Part shown: in pieces, positions 42,039-50,511 of the stretch
Layout: every line of letters starts with the position of its first letter
Numbering within the stretch: the stretch's first letter is position 1
Source of the DNA: Acidimicrobiales bacterium
Lineage (GTDB): Bacteria; Actinomycetota; Acidimicrobiia; Acidimicrobiales; CADCTF01
Assembly (NCBI GenBank): GCA_035540495.1
Contig: DATLGL010000064.1
Span: 4,265 to 68,264 of the forward strand
DNA: 64,000 nucleotides
Direction of reading: 5' to 3'
Program-made: the position numbers and the translations under genes
Notes under the pieces: generated by a model
Told to the model about the DNA's origin: nothing
Database searches by the model: none
Seen by the model: only the letters and a program-made list of their open reading frames with translations

Positions 42039-42949
42039 GACGCGGTCACCCGCGTTCGGAGCTTGCAGAAGGCGCAGACCTCGCCGGTCGTCGGCGAGCC
42101 GCACTGGCTGCACGCGTGCAGTTCGTCCTTCGCCGCTGCGGTGTCGCCGGCGAAGAGGTGCGAGGCCTTCTCGATGAAGCCGAGGTAGAAGGCGGCCTTC
42201 GATCCCGGTGACTGGGCCTCGATGTCGTTGAGCGCTTCCTTGTAGCCGAGGTGCTTGTTGCCCACCGCGTTCGGACACTCCTCGACGATGTATTCGATGC
42301 CCCGGAGCACGCAGTAGGCGGCCATCTCGCGCTCGCCGAGGCGGACGAGGGGCTTCACCTTCCGCGCGAACCCTTCCGACGCGGGCAGCACCGGAAGCTG
42401 GCGGCCGAGGTAGTCGGTGTCCCATCGCAGGACGTTGCCGAACAGCACGGCGGCTTCGTCGTCGAGGTTGTGGCCGGTGGCGACCACGTCGTAGCCGTTG
42501 TCGCGAGCGACGGAGTTGAACAGGTGGCGCTTCGACAGGCCGCACGCGCTGCAGGGCACGCGGCGGGTGACGGCCGCCGCCGTCGGGATGTCGAAGCCGA
42601 AGTCGTCAGGGAGGTCGACCTCGATCAGGTGCGCGCCGCGACGCTCGGCGAAGGCGCGGGTCAGATCCCCCGACTCCGTCGAGTACTCGCCGATGCCGAG
42701 CCCGAGGTACAGCCCGTCGGCCTGGTACCCCAGGTCGAGGAGCAGGTCCCAGAGCGCGAGCGAGTCCTTGCCGCCGGAGACCGCAACGAGCACCCGCTCG
42801 TCGCGCCCGATCATCTTGAAGTGGTCGATCGTGCGCTCGACCTGCTGACGGCAGTGGTGGAGGAAGCACTCCTGGCAGAACGACGCGTTGTGCCGCGGCA
42901 GGTCGATGACGACCTGGGGACCGCGGCAGCGGCGGCACGTGCGCGCCAT
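42035..42949 (-). CDS. TtuA/Ncs6-type PP-loop tRNA 2-thiolase-like protein
   Basis: PP-loop VAVSGGKDS. N-terminal CRRC...CQEC and C-terminal CSQC...CAFC zinc fingers. Central CSACG Fe-S Cys residues. Confidence 0.85.
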   Translation of the reverse strand: MARTCRRCRGPQVVIDLPRHNASFCQECFLHHCRQQVERTIDHFKMIGRDERVLVAVSGGKDSLALWDLLLDLGYQADGLYLGLGIGEYSTESGDLTRAFAERRGAHLIEVDLPDDFGFDIPTAAAVTRRVPCSACGLSKRHLFNSVARDNGYDVVATGHNLDDEAAVLFGNVLRWDTDYLGRQLPVLPASEGFARKVKPLVRLGEREMAAYCVLRGIEYIVEECPNAVGNKHLGYKEALNDIEAQSPGSKAAFYLGFIEKASHLFAGDTAAAKDELHACSQCGSPTTGEVCAFCKLRTRVTAS

Positions 42950-43150
42950 CTACTGCGCACCACCCGAGATCACGGGGCGGACCTCGACCTCGTCGCTGTC
43001 GGCGAGCACGGCGTCACCCGTCACGAGCGTGTCGCCTCGGATGACGAGGACCGACTCGCGGTTCACGCCGAGCTCGTCGAGCAACGCGTTCACCTTCATC
43101 GGTCCTGTGACCTCGACCTCACGCCGAGGGTTGCGCAGGCGCACCTTCAC
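42950..43150 (-). CDS. ThiS/MoaD/TtuB-like ubiquitin-fold sulfur carrier, C-terminus ...ISGGAQ
   Basis: 66 aa, beta-grasp-like. [13 protein letters not shown]. The stop abuts the ttuA-like ATG. Confidence 0.8.
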   Translation of the reverse strand: MKVRLRNPRREVEVTGPMKVNALLDELGVNRESVLVIRGDTLVTGDAVLADSDEVEVRPVISGGAQ

Positions 43151-43184
43151 CCGCCCATTCTCGCAGGCCGCGACGGCCGGCTCG

Positions 43185-43394
43185 TCAGCCGTGGGTCTCG
43201 TCGAGATGGGTGATGATGAAGCTCTCGCCCTGCTTCAGCTCCCCGGTGAACACCGTCTCGGGGACGCTGCCCGAGATCCGCTTCATCACCTTGCGCGCGG
43301 CCATGACCGCGAAGATCGTCATCCACGTGCGGTTGCCGCCGAAGGCGCCCTTCTGGACCGCCGTCCGCCAGATGAAGATGCCGATCTTGCCCAC
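43185..43394 (-). CDS. hypothetical small protein
   Basis: 69-aa ORF, last of three tightly packed small genes. No domain recognised. Confidence 0.45.
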   Translation of the reverse strand: MGKIGIFIWRTAVQKGAFGGNRTWMTIFAVMAARKVMKRISGSVPETVFTGELKQGESFIITHLDETHG

Positions 43395-43395
43395 G

Positions 43396-43620
43396 TCAGA
43401 CGCGACGGATCTCGACGACCGTCGACTTCAGCCGGCCCTTGCGGCGGCCGAGCATGTAGGCCGCGCCGATGACGACGACGGCGGCCACCGCGACGATGGT
43501 CAAGGCGGCAGGCTTCGCCGCCTGCGCGCTGCTGTCGACCTCGCCGCGGATCTCGCGGAGCTTGGCCTCGATGTCGTTGCGGGACACGCGATCGCGGTCG
43601 GCAGGGGTGTCGGCGGCCAT
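43396..43620 (-). CDS. hypothetical single-pass membrane protein
   Basis: Start at MAADTPADRD. TM segment LTIVAVAAVVVIGAAYML. The rest of track ORF 43396-44385 is a shadow frame. Confidence 0.5.
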   Translation of the reverse strand: MAADTPADRDRVSRNDIEAKLREIRGEVDSSAQAAKPAALTIVAVAAVVVIGAAYMLGRRKGRLKSTVVEIRRV

Positions 43621-43622
43621 CG

Positions 43623-43961
43623 TCAGCTCCTCCTGGTCCGGCGCTTGGCGGCCCCGATCGCACGAGCTGCGAGGGCAGCCACGACGACGCACACGATGAG
43701 CGTCAGGAAGTACGGCGCGAACGACCAGTCTCCGTCGAAGGTGGTGTCGAGCTCCGTCTGCAGCGCCCGAAGCACGGCGAGGACGAGGAGAACGACACCG
43801 ATCGCCACCAGCACCGACCCGGCAACGCCGAAGGCGATGAACCGTCCGAGGTTCTTGAGCGGCTCGACGGTCTCCTGCTTGGCGTAGGCGACGACGAGAT
43901 CCTTCAGCTCCGTCGCCAGCGTGGGCAGGCTCTTCGACGCGTTGCGCTCCGGCAATGGCAC
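43623..43961 (-). CDS. Holin-X/DUF1469-like two-TM membrane protein
   Basis: 112 aa. LVVAYAKQETVEPLK followed by two TM helices, an arrangement recalled for the actinobacterial holin-X family. Confidence 0.55.
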   Translation of the reverse strand: MPLPERNASKSLPTLATELKDLVVAYAKQETVEPLKNLGRFIAFGVAGSVLVAIGVVLLVLAVLRALQTELDTTFDGDWSFAPYFLTLIVCVVVAALAARAIGAAKRRTRRS

Positions 43962-44000
43962 TCCTGGTCATGTCGCCGGGGCCCCGGCGTCTGCGCCCTT

Positions 44001-44630
44001 CTATAGCCCGCGCATGCGCTGCGCAAGCACCGAGAGCTCCTCGTCGACGAGCTGCTGGAGCCGATCGAGGCGCTGAACCGGGTCGTCGATGCGCAGGAGC
44101 GACTGGTGATCGAGCGTCGCGACAGGAGCGATCGCCACGAGCTGCCAGGCGCGAGTGGGCGACACCTCGTCGAGCTCGACGGTCGCCGGAACAGCGGCCT
44201 CGCCCAGCTCCGCCTTCATCGCGAGCGCCCGCCGCACGACCGCTTCCACCTCGCGGAGACGGCCCGACGCCGAATCCGACCACTCGCCGTCGGGCCGGTC
44301 GATCACGTTGCCGACCGGGTAGGGAGCGTCGGGCAGCCACTCGGCGACGTCGATCCGCCGTGTGCCGACGGCGATCACGCCCCATCGACCGTCGTCCGTC
44401 GGAACCGCGTTGACGATGCGGGCGACCGTGCCGGTCCGGGACCGGACGTCGCCGCCGCCGACCTCGCTCCCCCGCTCGATCAGCACGACGCCGAACTCCC
44501 GCGACTCATCGGCGAGCACGTCCTGCATCAGGCGGCGGTACCTGTCTTCGAACACGTGGAGCGACAGCGGGGCGCCGGGCACGAGCACCGACTGCAGGGG
44601 GAACATCGGCATCCGGCGTTCCTCGCTCAT
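44001..44630 (-). CDS. LON N-terminal (substrate-binding) domain protein
   Basis: Start at MSEERRMPMFPLQSVLVPGAPLSLHVFEDRYRRLM (LON-N signature). ATG overlaps the dacB-like stop (ATGA). Confidence 0.8.
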   Translation of the reverse strand: MSEERRMPMFPLQSVLVPGAPLSLHVFEDRYRRLMQDVLADESREFGVVLIERGSEVGGGDVRSRTGTVARIVNAVPTDDGRWGVIAVGTRRIDVAEWLPDAPYPVGNVIDRPDGEWSDSASGRLREVEAVVRRALAMKAELGEAAVPATVELDEVSPTRAWQLVAIAPVATLDHQSLLRIDDPVQRLDRLQQLVDEELSVLAQRMRGL

Positions 44631-46036
44631 CGCGCCACCGGCTCCGGCAGCAGCTCCGTGATCGGCGGCACCTGGGGATACTGGCTGAGGACGGAGCCGA
44701 CCCGCTCCTGGAGCTGGCGGCCGCTCTGCAGCCGGTCGGGCAGCTCGTTGGCGAGGAGCGCGAACTCCAGGGTTCCTGCTCCCGCCGACTCGACGAAGCC
44801 GGCGAGCCCGGCCACGAAGTTGAGAGAGCCTGTCTTGGCCCGGAGCTTCCCCTCCGCCGGGGTCCCCTTGAAGCGGTCGGACAACGTCCCGGTCTGGCCG
44901 GCGATCGGGAACCCCGCGGCGACGGCGCCACCGCTGCCCGCGAGGTCGAGGGCGTCCATCAGGATCGTGCAGCTCAGGCGGTCCGACACGTCGAGGCCAC
45001 TCCCGTCGACGCCCTGGTAGGCCGCAACCGGAAGCCCCGCGTCCTGCAGGGTCGATCGGATCACGCCGAGGCCCGCCTCCCACGTTCCCGCGCCGCCGAA
45101 GCGCACACCCATCTCCTTCACCAGGAGCTCGGCGGTCATGTTGTCGGACTCCCGCAGCAGCTGTCCGACGACCTCGGGCAGCGGTGGCGACGCGACGCTG
45201 GCGACGGTGGACGCCCCCGCGGGTGCCCGTCCGGACGACGGCTCGCCGACCACGACGCCCCGTCCGCGGAGGAGGTCGGAGAGGACCGACGCCGCGTGCG
45301 CAGCGGGATCCGCTGCGTGCCGCCGAGGCTGGGGTCGGAACGAGACGAACCCGTCGTTCACGCTCAGCGCCGACACGGGGCCGACGTCGTTGTCGGTGAG
45401 GTACACAGGCTTCCAGCTCGCCACGTAGCGAACCGTGTCGTACCGCGTCTCGTCGCCGACGATCCCGCCCCGGATCTCCTTCACCCCGGCCGCGACGATG
45501 GAGTCGGCCAGTGAGTCGAGCGACGTGAACACCGCGGGCTGGTTGCGCAGGGTCGCCGCGTACGCGGCCGTGCTCAAGAGCGGGTCGCCCGAGCCGACCA
45601 GCCATGCCTGACCCTCGATGACGCCCGACGGCGGCACCCCACCGGGCGCGACGAGAGGCGTCACGTACCGGAAGTCGTCGCCGAGCCGGCGCAACGCGGC
45701 CATGCCGGTCAGCACCTTCATCGTCGACGCCGGCACCAGCGACGCGTCGGGGTTCCGCGCGTAGACCAGGTCGTCGCCCGCCTCGACGGTCAGGCACGTC
45801 GTGGAACCCTTCGTGGCCGGCGAGTCGAGCGCGGCGTCGAGAGCGGCCGTCAGCTTGGTCTGACCGACGGTCGCCGCCAGCACCTCCGGGAGCCGGCGGG
45901 GCGACAGCACGGCGGTGGTCGGCGCCGGACGAGCGGACTCTCGGTCGTCGTCGCCGCCGGGAATCGAGGCGAGAGCGAGCGAACCGGACGTCACCGCCGT
46001 CGCCGCGAGGGCGAGCGGCACCAGCAGCGCGCGCAC
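44627..46036 (-). CDS. dacB: D-alanyl-D-alanine carboxypeptidase/endopeptidase (PBP4, S13 family)
   Basis: 469 aa. Signal peptide, PASTMKVLTG (SxxK), SDN motif region (ESDNMTAE), KTGSL (KTG). Confidence 0.9.
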   Translation of the reverse strand: MRALLVPLALAATAVTSGSLALASIPGGDDDRESARPAPTTAVLSPRRLPEVLAATVGQTKLTAALDAALDSPATKGSTTCLTVEAGDDLVYARNPDASLVPASTMKVLTGMAALRRLGDDFRYVTPLVAPGGVPPSGVIEGQAWLVGSGDPLLSTAAYAATLRNQPAVFTSLDSLADSIVAAGVKEIRGGIVGDETRYDTVRYVASWKPVYLTDNDVGPVSALSVNDGFVSFRPQPRRHAADPAAHAASVLSDLLRGRGVVVGEPSSGRAPAGASTVASVASPPLPEVVGQLLRESDNMTAELLVKEMGVRFGGAGTWEAGLGVIRSTLQDAGLPVAAYQGVDGSGLDVSDRLSCTILMDALDLAGSGGAVAAGFPIAGQTGTLSDRFKGTPAEGKLRAKTGSLNFVAGLAGFVESAGAGTLEFALLANELPDRLQSGRQLQERVGSVLSQYPQVPPITELLPEPVAR

Positions 46037-46058
46037 CCGTTCAGGCTATGGGTGGCTC

Positions 46059-46469
46059 TCAGTCGCGCGGTGTCAGCATGTACGTGGAGCTGGCCTTGGC
46101 GACGAGGCGGCCGTCGTCGTCGGTCACGTCGCACTCGACGAACGCCGCCCGGTTCCCGCCCGAGATCACGTAGGCCGTCGCGGTCAGCGTGCTCCCGATG
46201 CGGGCCGGCTTGAGGAAGCTGACCTTCATCTCGGCGTTCGCGGAGAAGACCTTGCGGTCCTTCGCGAAGGTCACCGACGCCGCGCCCATCGCGGAGTCGG
46301 CGAACGCCGCGACGAACCCGCCCTGCACGATGCCGACGGGGTTCGAGAACTGCTCGGCGGCCACCATCTGCCACACGCTGCGGCCGGGCTCGCTCTTGTC
46401 GAGGCAGACCATCCCCAGGGTGAGGTCGCAGTTGGGAGGAACCTGGACGCGGCGATCGGAGGGCGGCAC
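46059..46469 (-). CDS. PaaI-family hotdog thioesterase
   Basis: NPVGIVQGGFVAAFADSAMG is the typical PaaI core. Confidence 0.85.
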   Translation of the reverse strand: MPPSDRRVQVPPNCDLTLGMVCLDKSEPGRSVWQMVAAEQFSNPVGIVQGGFVAAFADSAMGAASVTFAKDRKVFSANAEMKVSFLKPARIGSTLTATAYVISGGNRAAFVECDVTDDDGRLVAKASSTYMLTPRD

Positions 46470-46483
46470 ACCCCGGAAGCTAC

Positions 46484-47116
46484 CTAGGCCGGATCGAGCG
46501 CGGCGCGGAAGAACGACCGGATGTGGTCGAGCCGCTCGTCGAGCGCTTCCTGGGACAGCGGGTCGCGCCCGAGCAGGGACGCGAGGAACGGGACGTCGCT
46601 GAAGTACGACAGCAGCGCGCCGTACCCGGTGAGGATCAACTGCATCGGGTCGTGCCGGCGGAAGGTTCCCGCCTCCATGTTCCGCTCGAAGAAGCCGCAG
46701 GCGCGCTCGACGAGCGGCCGAAGCGCCTCACCGAGATCGATCCCGAGATGGGCCCCGGCCTCGAGGAACGCCTCACGCCGGATCAGGCGGATGAAGTCCG
46801 GGTTCTCGACGAAGAAGTCGAAGGCGGTCGTGATGACCCGGTCGATCTGGGCCCATCCGTCCTTCGGGTCCTCGACGGCGCGTTCGACGCGAAGGAACCA
46901 GTCGTGGATGTACGTCTCGAAGATCGCCCGGTACATCGCTTCCTTCGACGGGAAGTGATGCAGCAGGCTCGGGCGCCGGATGCCAACCCGCTCGGCGATG
47001 TCGTTGAGCGACGTCCCCTCGTATCCGCGTTCGGCGAAGACCGCCAGCGCCTCGGTGAGGATCGCGTCCCGCGTCGAGGTGGGCGCTGCGGTGACCGCCA
47101 TGCCCTGAGGGTACAC
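46484..47116 (-). CDS. TetR-family transcriptional regulator
   Basis: [46 protein letters not shown] (TetR HTH). Divergent from the desaturase gene. Confidence 0.9.
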   Translation of the reverse strand: MYPQGMAVTAAPTSTRDAILTEALAVFAERGYEGTSLNDIAERVGIRRPSLLHHFPSKEAMYRAIFETYIHDWFLRVERAVEDPKDGWAQIDRVITTAFDFFVENPDFIRLIRREAFLEAGAHLGIDLGEALRPLVERACGFFERNMEAGTFRRHDPMQLILTGYGALLSYFSDVPFLASLLGRDPLSQEALDERLDHIRSFFRAALDPA

Positions 47117-47138
47117 CGTCGGTGGTGGATCTTACCTA

Positions 47139-47154
47139 CCTACCGGTCGGTAGG
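47139..47154. promoter_or_regulatory. candidate TetR operator palindrome
   Basis: CCTACCG-GT-CGGTAGG in the 58-bp TetR/desaturase divergent intergenic region. Confidence 0.4.
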
Positions 47155-47174
47155 GCCCGGTATGGTCGAGCCCG

Positions 47175-47912
47175 ATGATGCTTCTCCTGTCCATCGGCGT
47201 CGCCTTCCTCGTCGCCCAGCTCGCGACCATGTGCACGACCGTCTACCTCCACCGCGGCCTCTCGCACCGCGCCGTCACCTTCACGCCCCGCACGGCGCTC
47301 GTCTTCCGGGTCCTGATCTGGGTCTCGACCGGCATCCGGCCCCGCCAGTGGGTCGCGGTGCACCGCAAGCACCACGCGTTCTCCGACGAGGAGGGCGATC
47401 CGCACTCCCCGCTCCTCGAGGGCTTCGCGATGGTGCAGTTCGGCAACGTGAGCCTCTACCGGAAGGCGCTGAAGGACGGGATGATCGAGCAGCGCTACGC
47501 CCGCGACCTCGCGCCCGACCGCCTCGACCGCGTGCTCTTCGACCGGGCGTACCTGGGGCTCGGTCTCGGGATCGTGCTCCTCTGCCTCGTGCTCGGCCCG
47601 TGGTACGGCCTCCTCGCGGCCGGGGTCCACACGATCACGTACCTGCTGCTGAACGCCGCCATCAACGCCGTCGGCCACATGTGGGGGGCGCGCCCGTACG
47701 ACAACCGCGCCACCAACAACCAGTGGCTGGCGCTGCTCACTGCCGGTGAAGGCCTCCACAACAACCACCACGCAGCGGCCACGTCGGCCCGTCTCGCCCT
47801 CGGTCGCGGCGAGGTCGACCCCGGGTGGTGGGTGATCGCCCTGCTCGAGCGGCGCGGGCTGGCCACGGTTCGCCTCGACCACGAGCGGGTCAAGGAGCGC
47901 CTGGCCTCGTAG
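47175..47912 (+). CDS. membrane acyl-CoA (stearoyl-CoA-type) fatty acid desaturase
   Basis: His boxes HRGLSH, HRKHH and HNNHH. Multi-TM. 245 aa. Confidence 0.85.
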   Translation: MMLLLSIGVAFLVAQLATMCTTVYLHRGLSHRAVTFTPRTALVFRVLIWVSTGIRPRQWVAVHRKHHAFSDEEGDPHSPLLEGFAMVQFGNVSLYRKALKDGMIEQRYARDLAPDRLDRVLFDRAYLGLGLGIVLLCLVLGPWYGLLAAGVHTITYLLLNAAINAVGHMWGARPYDNRATNNQWLALLTAGEGLHNNHHAAATSARLALGRGEVDPGWWVIALLERRGLATVRLDHERVKERLAS

Positions 47913-47941
47913 CCGAGGCGTTCGGGAGTTGAATCGTCGGC

Positions 47942-49078
47942 GTGGACGTGCTCCGAGCCTCGACGGTGATCACCCCGGACGGCCCCATCGAACACGCCGA
48001 GGTGGAGATCGCCGGCGACGGCACCATCTCCGCGGTCCGGACCGCGCCGCCGGACGTCGACGTGCCCGACCGGATCCTCGTCCCCGGGTTCGTCGACCTC
48101 CAGGTCAACGGCGTGGGCGACATCGACTGCGCCAGCGCGTCGGAGCCCCGGCACTGGGATCGCATCGACGAGCAACTCGTGGCCACCGGTGTCACGAGCT
48201 GGTGCCCGACGTTGGTCACGAGCCCGCTCGACGCGATGGCCCGCCGCATCGGTCGTGTCGCCGAAGCGATGGCACGACCACCTCGGAACGGCGCCCGGCC
48301 GCGACCCCAGATCGTCGGCGCCCACCTCGAAGGGCCGTTCCTCGGCGGCGCCACCGGCGCGCACCGCAAGGAGTGGGTCATCCCACTCGATCTCGGGTGG
48401 CTGGCCGAACAGCCGCTGGGCGAGGTCGTGCGCATCGTCACGCTCGGCCCGGAGCAGGCCGACGCGCTCGAAGCGATCCGCCTGCTCACGCGTCGTGGTG
48501 TGCTCGTCAGCCTCGGCCACTCCCGGGCCTCCTACGAGCAGGCGCTGGCCGGCGCCGACGCCGGCGCCCGTCTCGTCACCCATCTCTTCAACGGGATGGA
48601 CCCGCTGCACCACCGCACGCCGGGCCTGGTCGGCGCTGCGCTCACCGACGCCCGACTCACCCCGTCGTTGATCGCCGACGGCGTGCACGTCCACCCCGCT
48701 GCGCTCACAGCCGCCGCACGCGCGAAGGGGCCCGGCGGATGGATCCTCGTGACGGACGCGATCGGCTGGGCATCCGGACGGGTCGCGGATCGCCAGGTCA
48801 CCGTCGTCGACGGCGCACCCCGGCTGCCCGACGGCACGCTCGCCGGGTCGAGCCTCACGATGGACGTCGCGGTCCGCCGGATGGTGGTCGAGTGCGGCCT
48901 TCCACTGGAAGACGTGGTCGCCGCCGCTGCCACGGTCCCGGCCCGCCTCGTCGGAGCCGCGGACCGTGGCGCGATCGCTTCCGGACTGCGAGCGGATCTC
49001 GTCTGCCTGACCCCCGTCCCGGAGCTGCGCGTCGCCGGCGTCTGGATCGGTGGCCTGCAGGCCGTTGACGATGCTTGA
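47942..49078 (+). CDS. nagA: N-acetylglucosamine-6-phosphate deacetylase-like amidohydrolase
   Basis: PGFVDLQVNG, GAHLEGPF, SLGHS, THLFNGM. Confidence 0.85.
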   Translation: MDVLRASTVITPDGPIEHAEVEIAGDGTISAVRTAPPDVDVPDRILVPGFVDLQVNGVGDIDCASASEPRHWDRIDEQLVATGVTSWCPTLVTSPLDAMARRIGRVAEAMARPPRNGARPRPQIVGAHLEGPFLGGATGAHRKEWVIPLDLGWLAEQPLGEVVRIVTLGPEQADALEAIRLLTRRGVLVSLGHSRASYEQALAGADAGARLVTHLFNGMDPLHHRTPGLVGAALTDARLTPSLIADGVHVHPAALTAAARAKGPGGWILVTDAIGWASGRVADRQVTVVDGAPRLPDGTLAGSSLTMDVAVRRMVVECGLPLEDVVAAAATVPARLVGAADRGAIASGLRADLVCLTPVPELRVAGVWIGGLQAVDDA

Positions 49079-49166
49079 CACCCTCGCCGACACGTGTATG
49101 GTGCCGATGTAGGCAACAACACCATACATCTGCACACGACATGTACGCCCGACATCGAGGTCGGGC
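49075..49166 (+). promoter_or_regulatory. candidate promoter (TTGACA-N16-TATGGT), operator-like inverted repeat and leader hairpin of the unknown operon
   Basis: TTGACA at 49075-49080 and TATGGT at 49097-49102. 9-bp inverted repeat TGTATGGTG (49095-49103) / CACCATACA (49120-49128). Hairpin GCCCGAC-ATCGAG-GTCGGGC at 49147-49166. GGGGAGGG Shine-Dalgarno sequence before ATG 49180. Locally low GC. Confidence 0.35.
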
Positions 49167-49179
49167 ATGGGGAGGGCTC

Positions 49180-50055
49180 ATGGCGAAGGTCACGGTGTAC
49201 GTCACGGACGATCAGCTCGAGAAACTGAAGTCCGTCAAGGGCGTCGGCCGGGGCGGCATCTCGAAGATGTTCCAGGCCTTCGTCGAGTCCGCGGTCGGCG
49301 GGGGCGCCGCGCCGGCCGGTCGCTACGACTACGCCCGGAAGCTCATGCCGCTCCACGCCGCGATCGAGCGCCACCGCCGTCGCCTGGCGCGCAACGTGCA
49401 GACGGGCGGTCCGCCCGCCGACGGTGGCCCCGTCGCCGCGGCGCTCACCGTCCTCCTCTACCGGAGGCTGCTCGAGAACGACCCGTCGCTCGAGGCGGCG
49501 TTCGAGAAGGAGTTCGCCCGGTTCGGCCTCGACGAGCTCGTGGCGAGCGAGACCGACGGCGTCGACCTGCTCGCCGAACCCGACGAAGACGACGAGATCG
49601 ACGTCGACGACGACTTCGACAGCTCCTCGTTCGCCAACCTCGGGACCCTCGGGATCCGGATCGGTGACGAGGTGCGTGAGGCGATGCGCCAGGTCCACGC
49701 GATCAAGGCGACGATGCGCGATCTCGGCGTCGACGAGGTGCCGTGGGGAGGGCGCGGTCCCCGACCGCCCCGTGCGCCGCGGCCTCCCCGTCCCCCGCGC
49801 GGGCCCCGCGGCGACGTCCGCCGTCGTCTCGTCGTGGAGGTCGACGCGGATGACGATCCCCGCGACGTGCTCAGCGTCACCGACTTCGCGACGTTCCGCT
49901 CCCGGCATCCCGAGTGGGTGGACGACGCGCGCCTGACCCCCTCGCAGATGGAGACCGTGCGGGAGCTGCTCATCCGCCGGGCGGGCGGCGACCCCCTCGA
50001 CGACGACGACGATCGGGGTGTCGACGATCGCGACGCAGCCGAGGACGACGAGTGA
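49180..50055 (+). CDS. hypothetical protein: RHH-like N-terminus, acidic tracts and a Pro/Arg repeat
   Basis: Start at MAKVTVYVTDDQLEKLK (ribbon-helix-helix-like strand). EPDEDDEIDVDDDFD. GRGPRPPRAPRPPRPPRGPRG. Acidic C-terminus. No family recognised. Confidence 0.6.
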   Translation: MAKVTVYVTDDQLEKLKSVKGVGRGGISKMFQAFVESAVGGGAAPAGRYDYARKLMPLHAAIERHRRRLARNVQTGGPPADGGPVAAALTVLLYRRLLENDPSLEAAFEKEFARFGLDELVASETDGVDLLAEPDEDDEIDVDDDFDSSSFANLGTLGIRIGDEVREAMRQVHAIKATMRDLGVDEVPWGGRGPRPPRAPRPPRPPRGPRGDVRRRLVVEVDADDDPRDVLSVTDFATFRSRHPEWVDDARLTPSQMETVRELLIRRAGGDPLDDDDDRGVDDRDAAEDDE

Positions 50056-50498
50056 CCCCGCTCGCCGTCACGATCGACCGGCCGCTCGGGTTCGTCGAGT
50101 TCGACGGCGTGTGGCTCGACGACCGACGCCGGTGCACGTGGGCGCTCTGCGATCTGTCGTTCGTCGCGACCCCGGGCGCCGTCGTCGCCATCGACGCGCC
50201 GCACGACGCGGGAGCGGCCGACGGGATCTTCGACCTGCTGACGGGCCGGCGCCTGCCGGTGCGAGGCACGGTCGGGATCGACGGCGTCGACCTGCGCGAC
50301 TTCGACCGCGTCTCCCATCTCCGGTCGCTCGCGATCGTGTCCGACGCGGACACCGGCGAGCGCCGGCTCGTCGTGGGCGGGCGCACGATCTTCGTGGCCG
50401 AGCCCTCGACCGCCACGATTCGAACGGCCGACGTCGTGCTCCGCTTCGACGCCGGATTCGCTGCCGCACGTGAACGAGTGGGGGTAGGCGCCGGGTAG
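50052..50498 (+). CDS. hypothetical protein resembling a truncated, Walker-A-less ABC nucleotide-binding domain
   Basis: GTG 50052 overlaps the upstream TGA (GTGA). LSFVATPGAVVAIDAPHDAGAADGIFDLLTGRRLPVRGTVGIDGVDLRDFDRVSHLRSLAIVSD parallels the ABC NBD N-terminal half, but GxxGxGKS is replaced by APHDAGAAD. Confidence 0.5.
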   Translation: MTPLAVTIDRPLGFVEFDGVWLDDRRRCTWALCDLSFVATPGAVVAIDAPHDAGAADGIFDLLTGRRLPVRGTVGIDGVDLRDFDRVSHLRSLAIVSDADTGERRLVVGGRTIFVAEPSTATIRTADVVLRFDAGFAAARERVGVGAG

Positions 50499-50511
50499 CG
50501 TCCGGCACGCT

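Noticed and set aside
49750-49810. The GPRPPRAPRPPRPPRGPRG repeat considered as a collagen-like or independent repeat element.
   Set aside because: It is in frame within ORF 49180-50055, short and imperfect. I treat it as a low-complexity linker of that protein rather than a DNA-level repeat.
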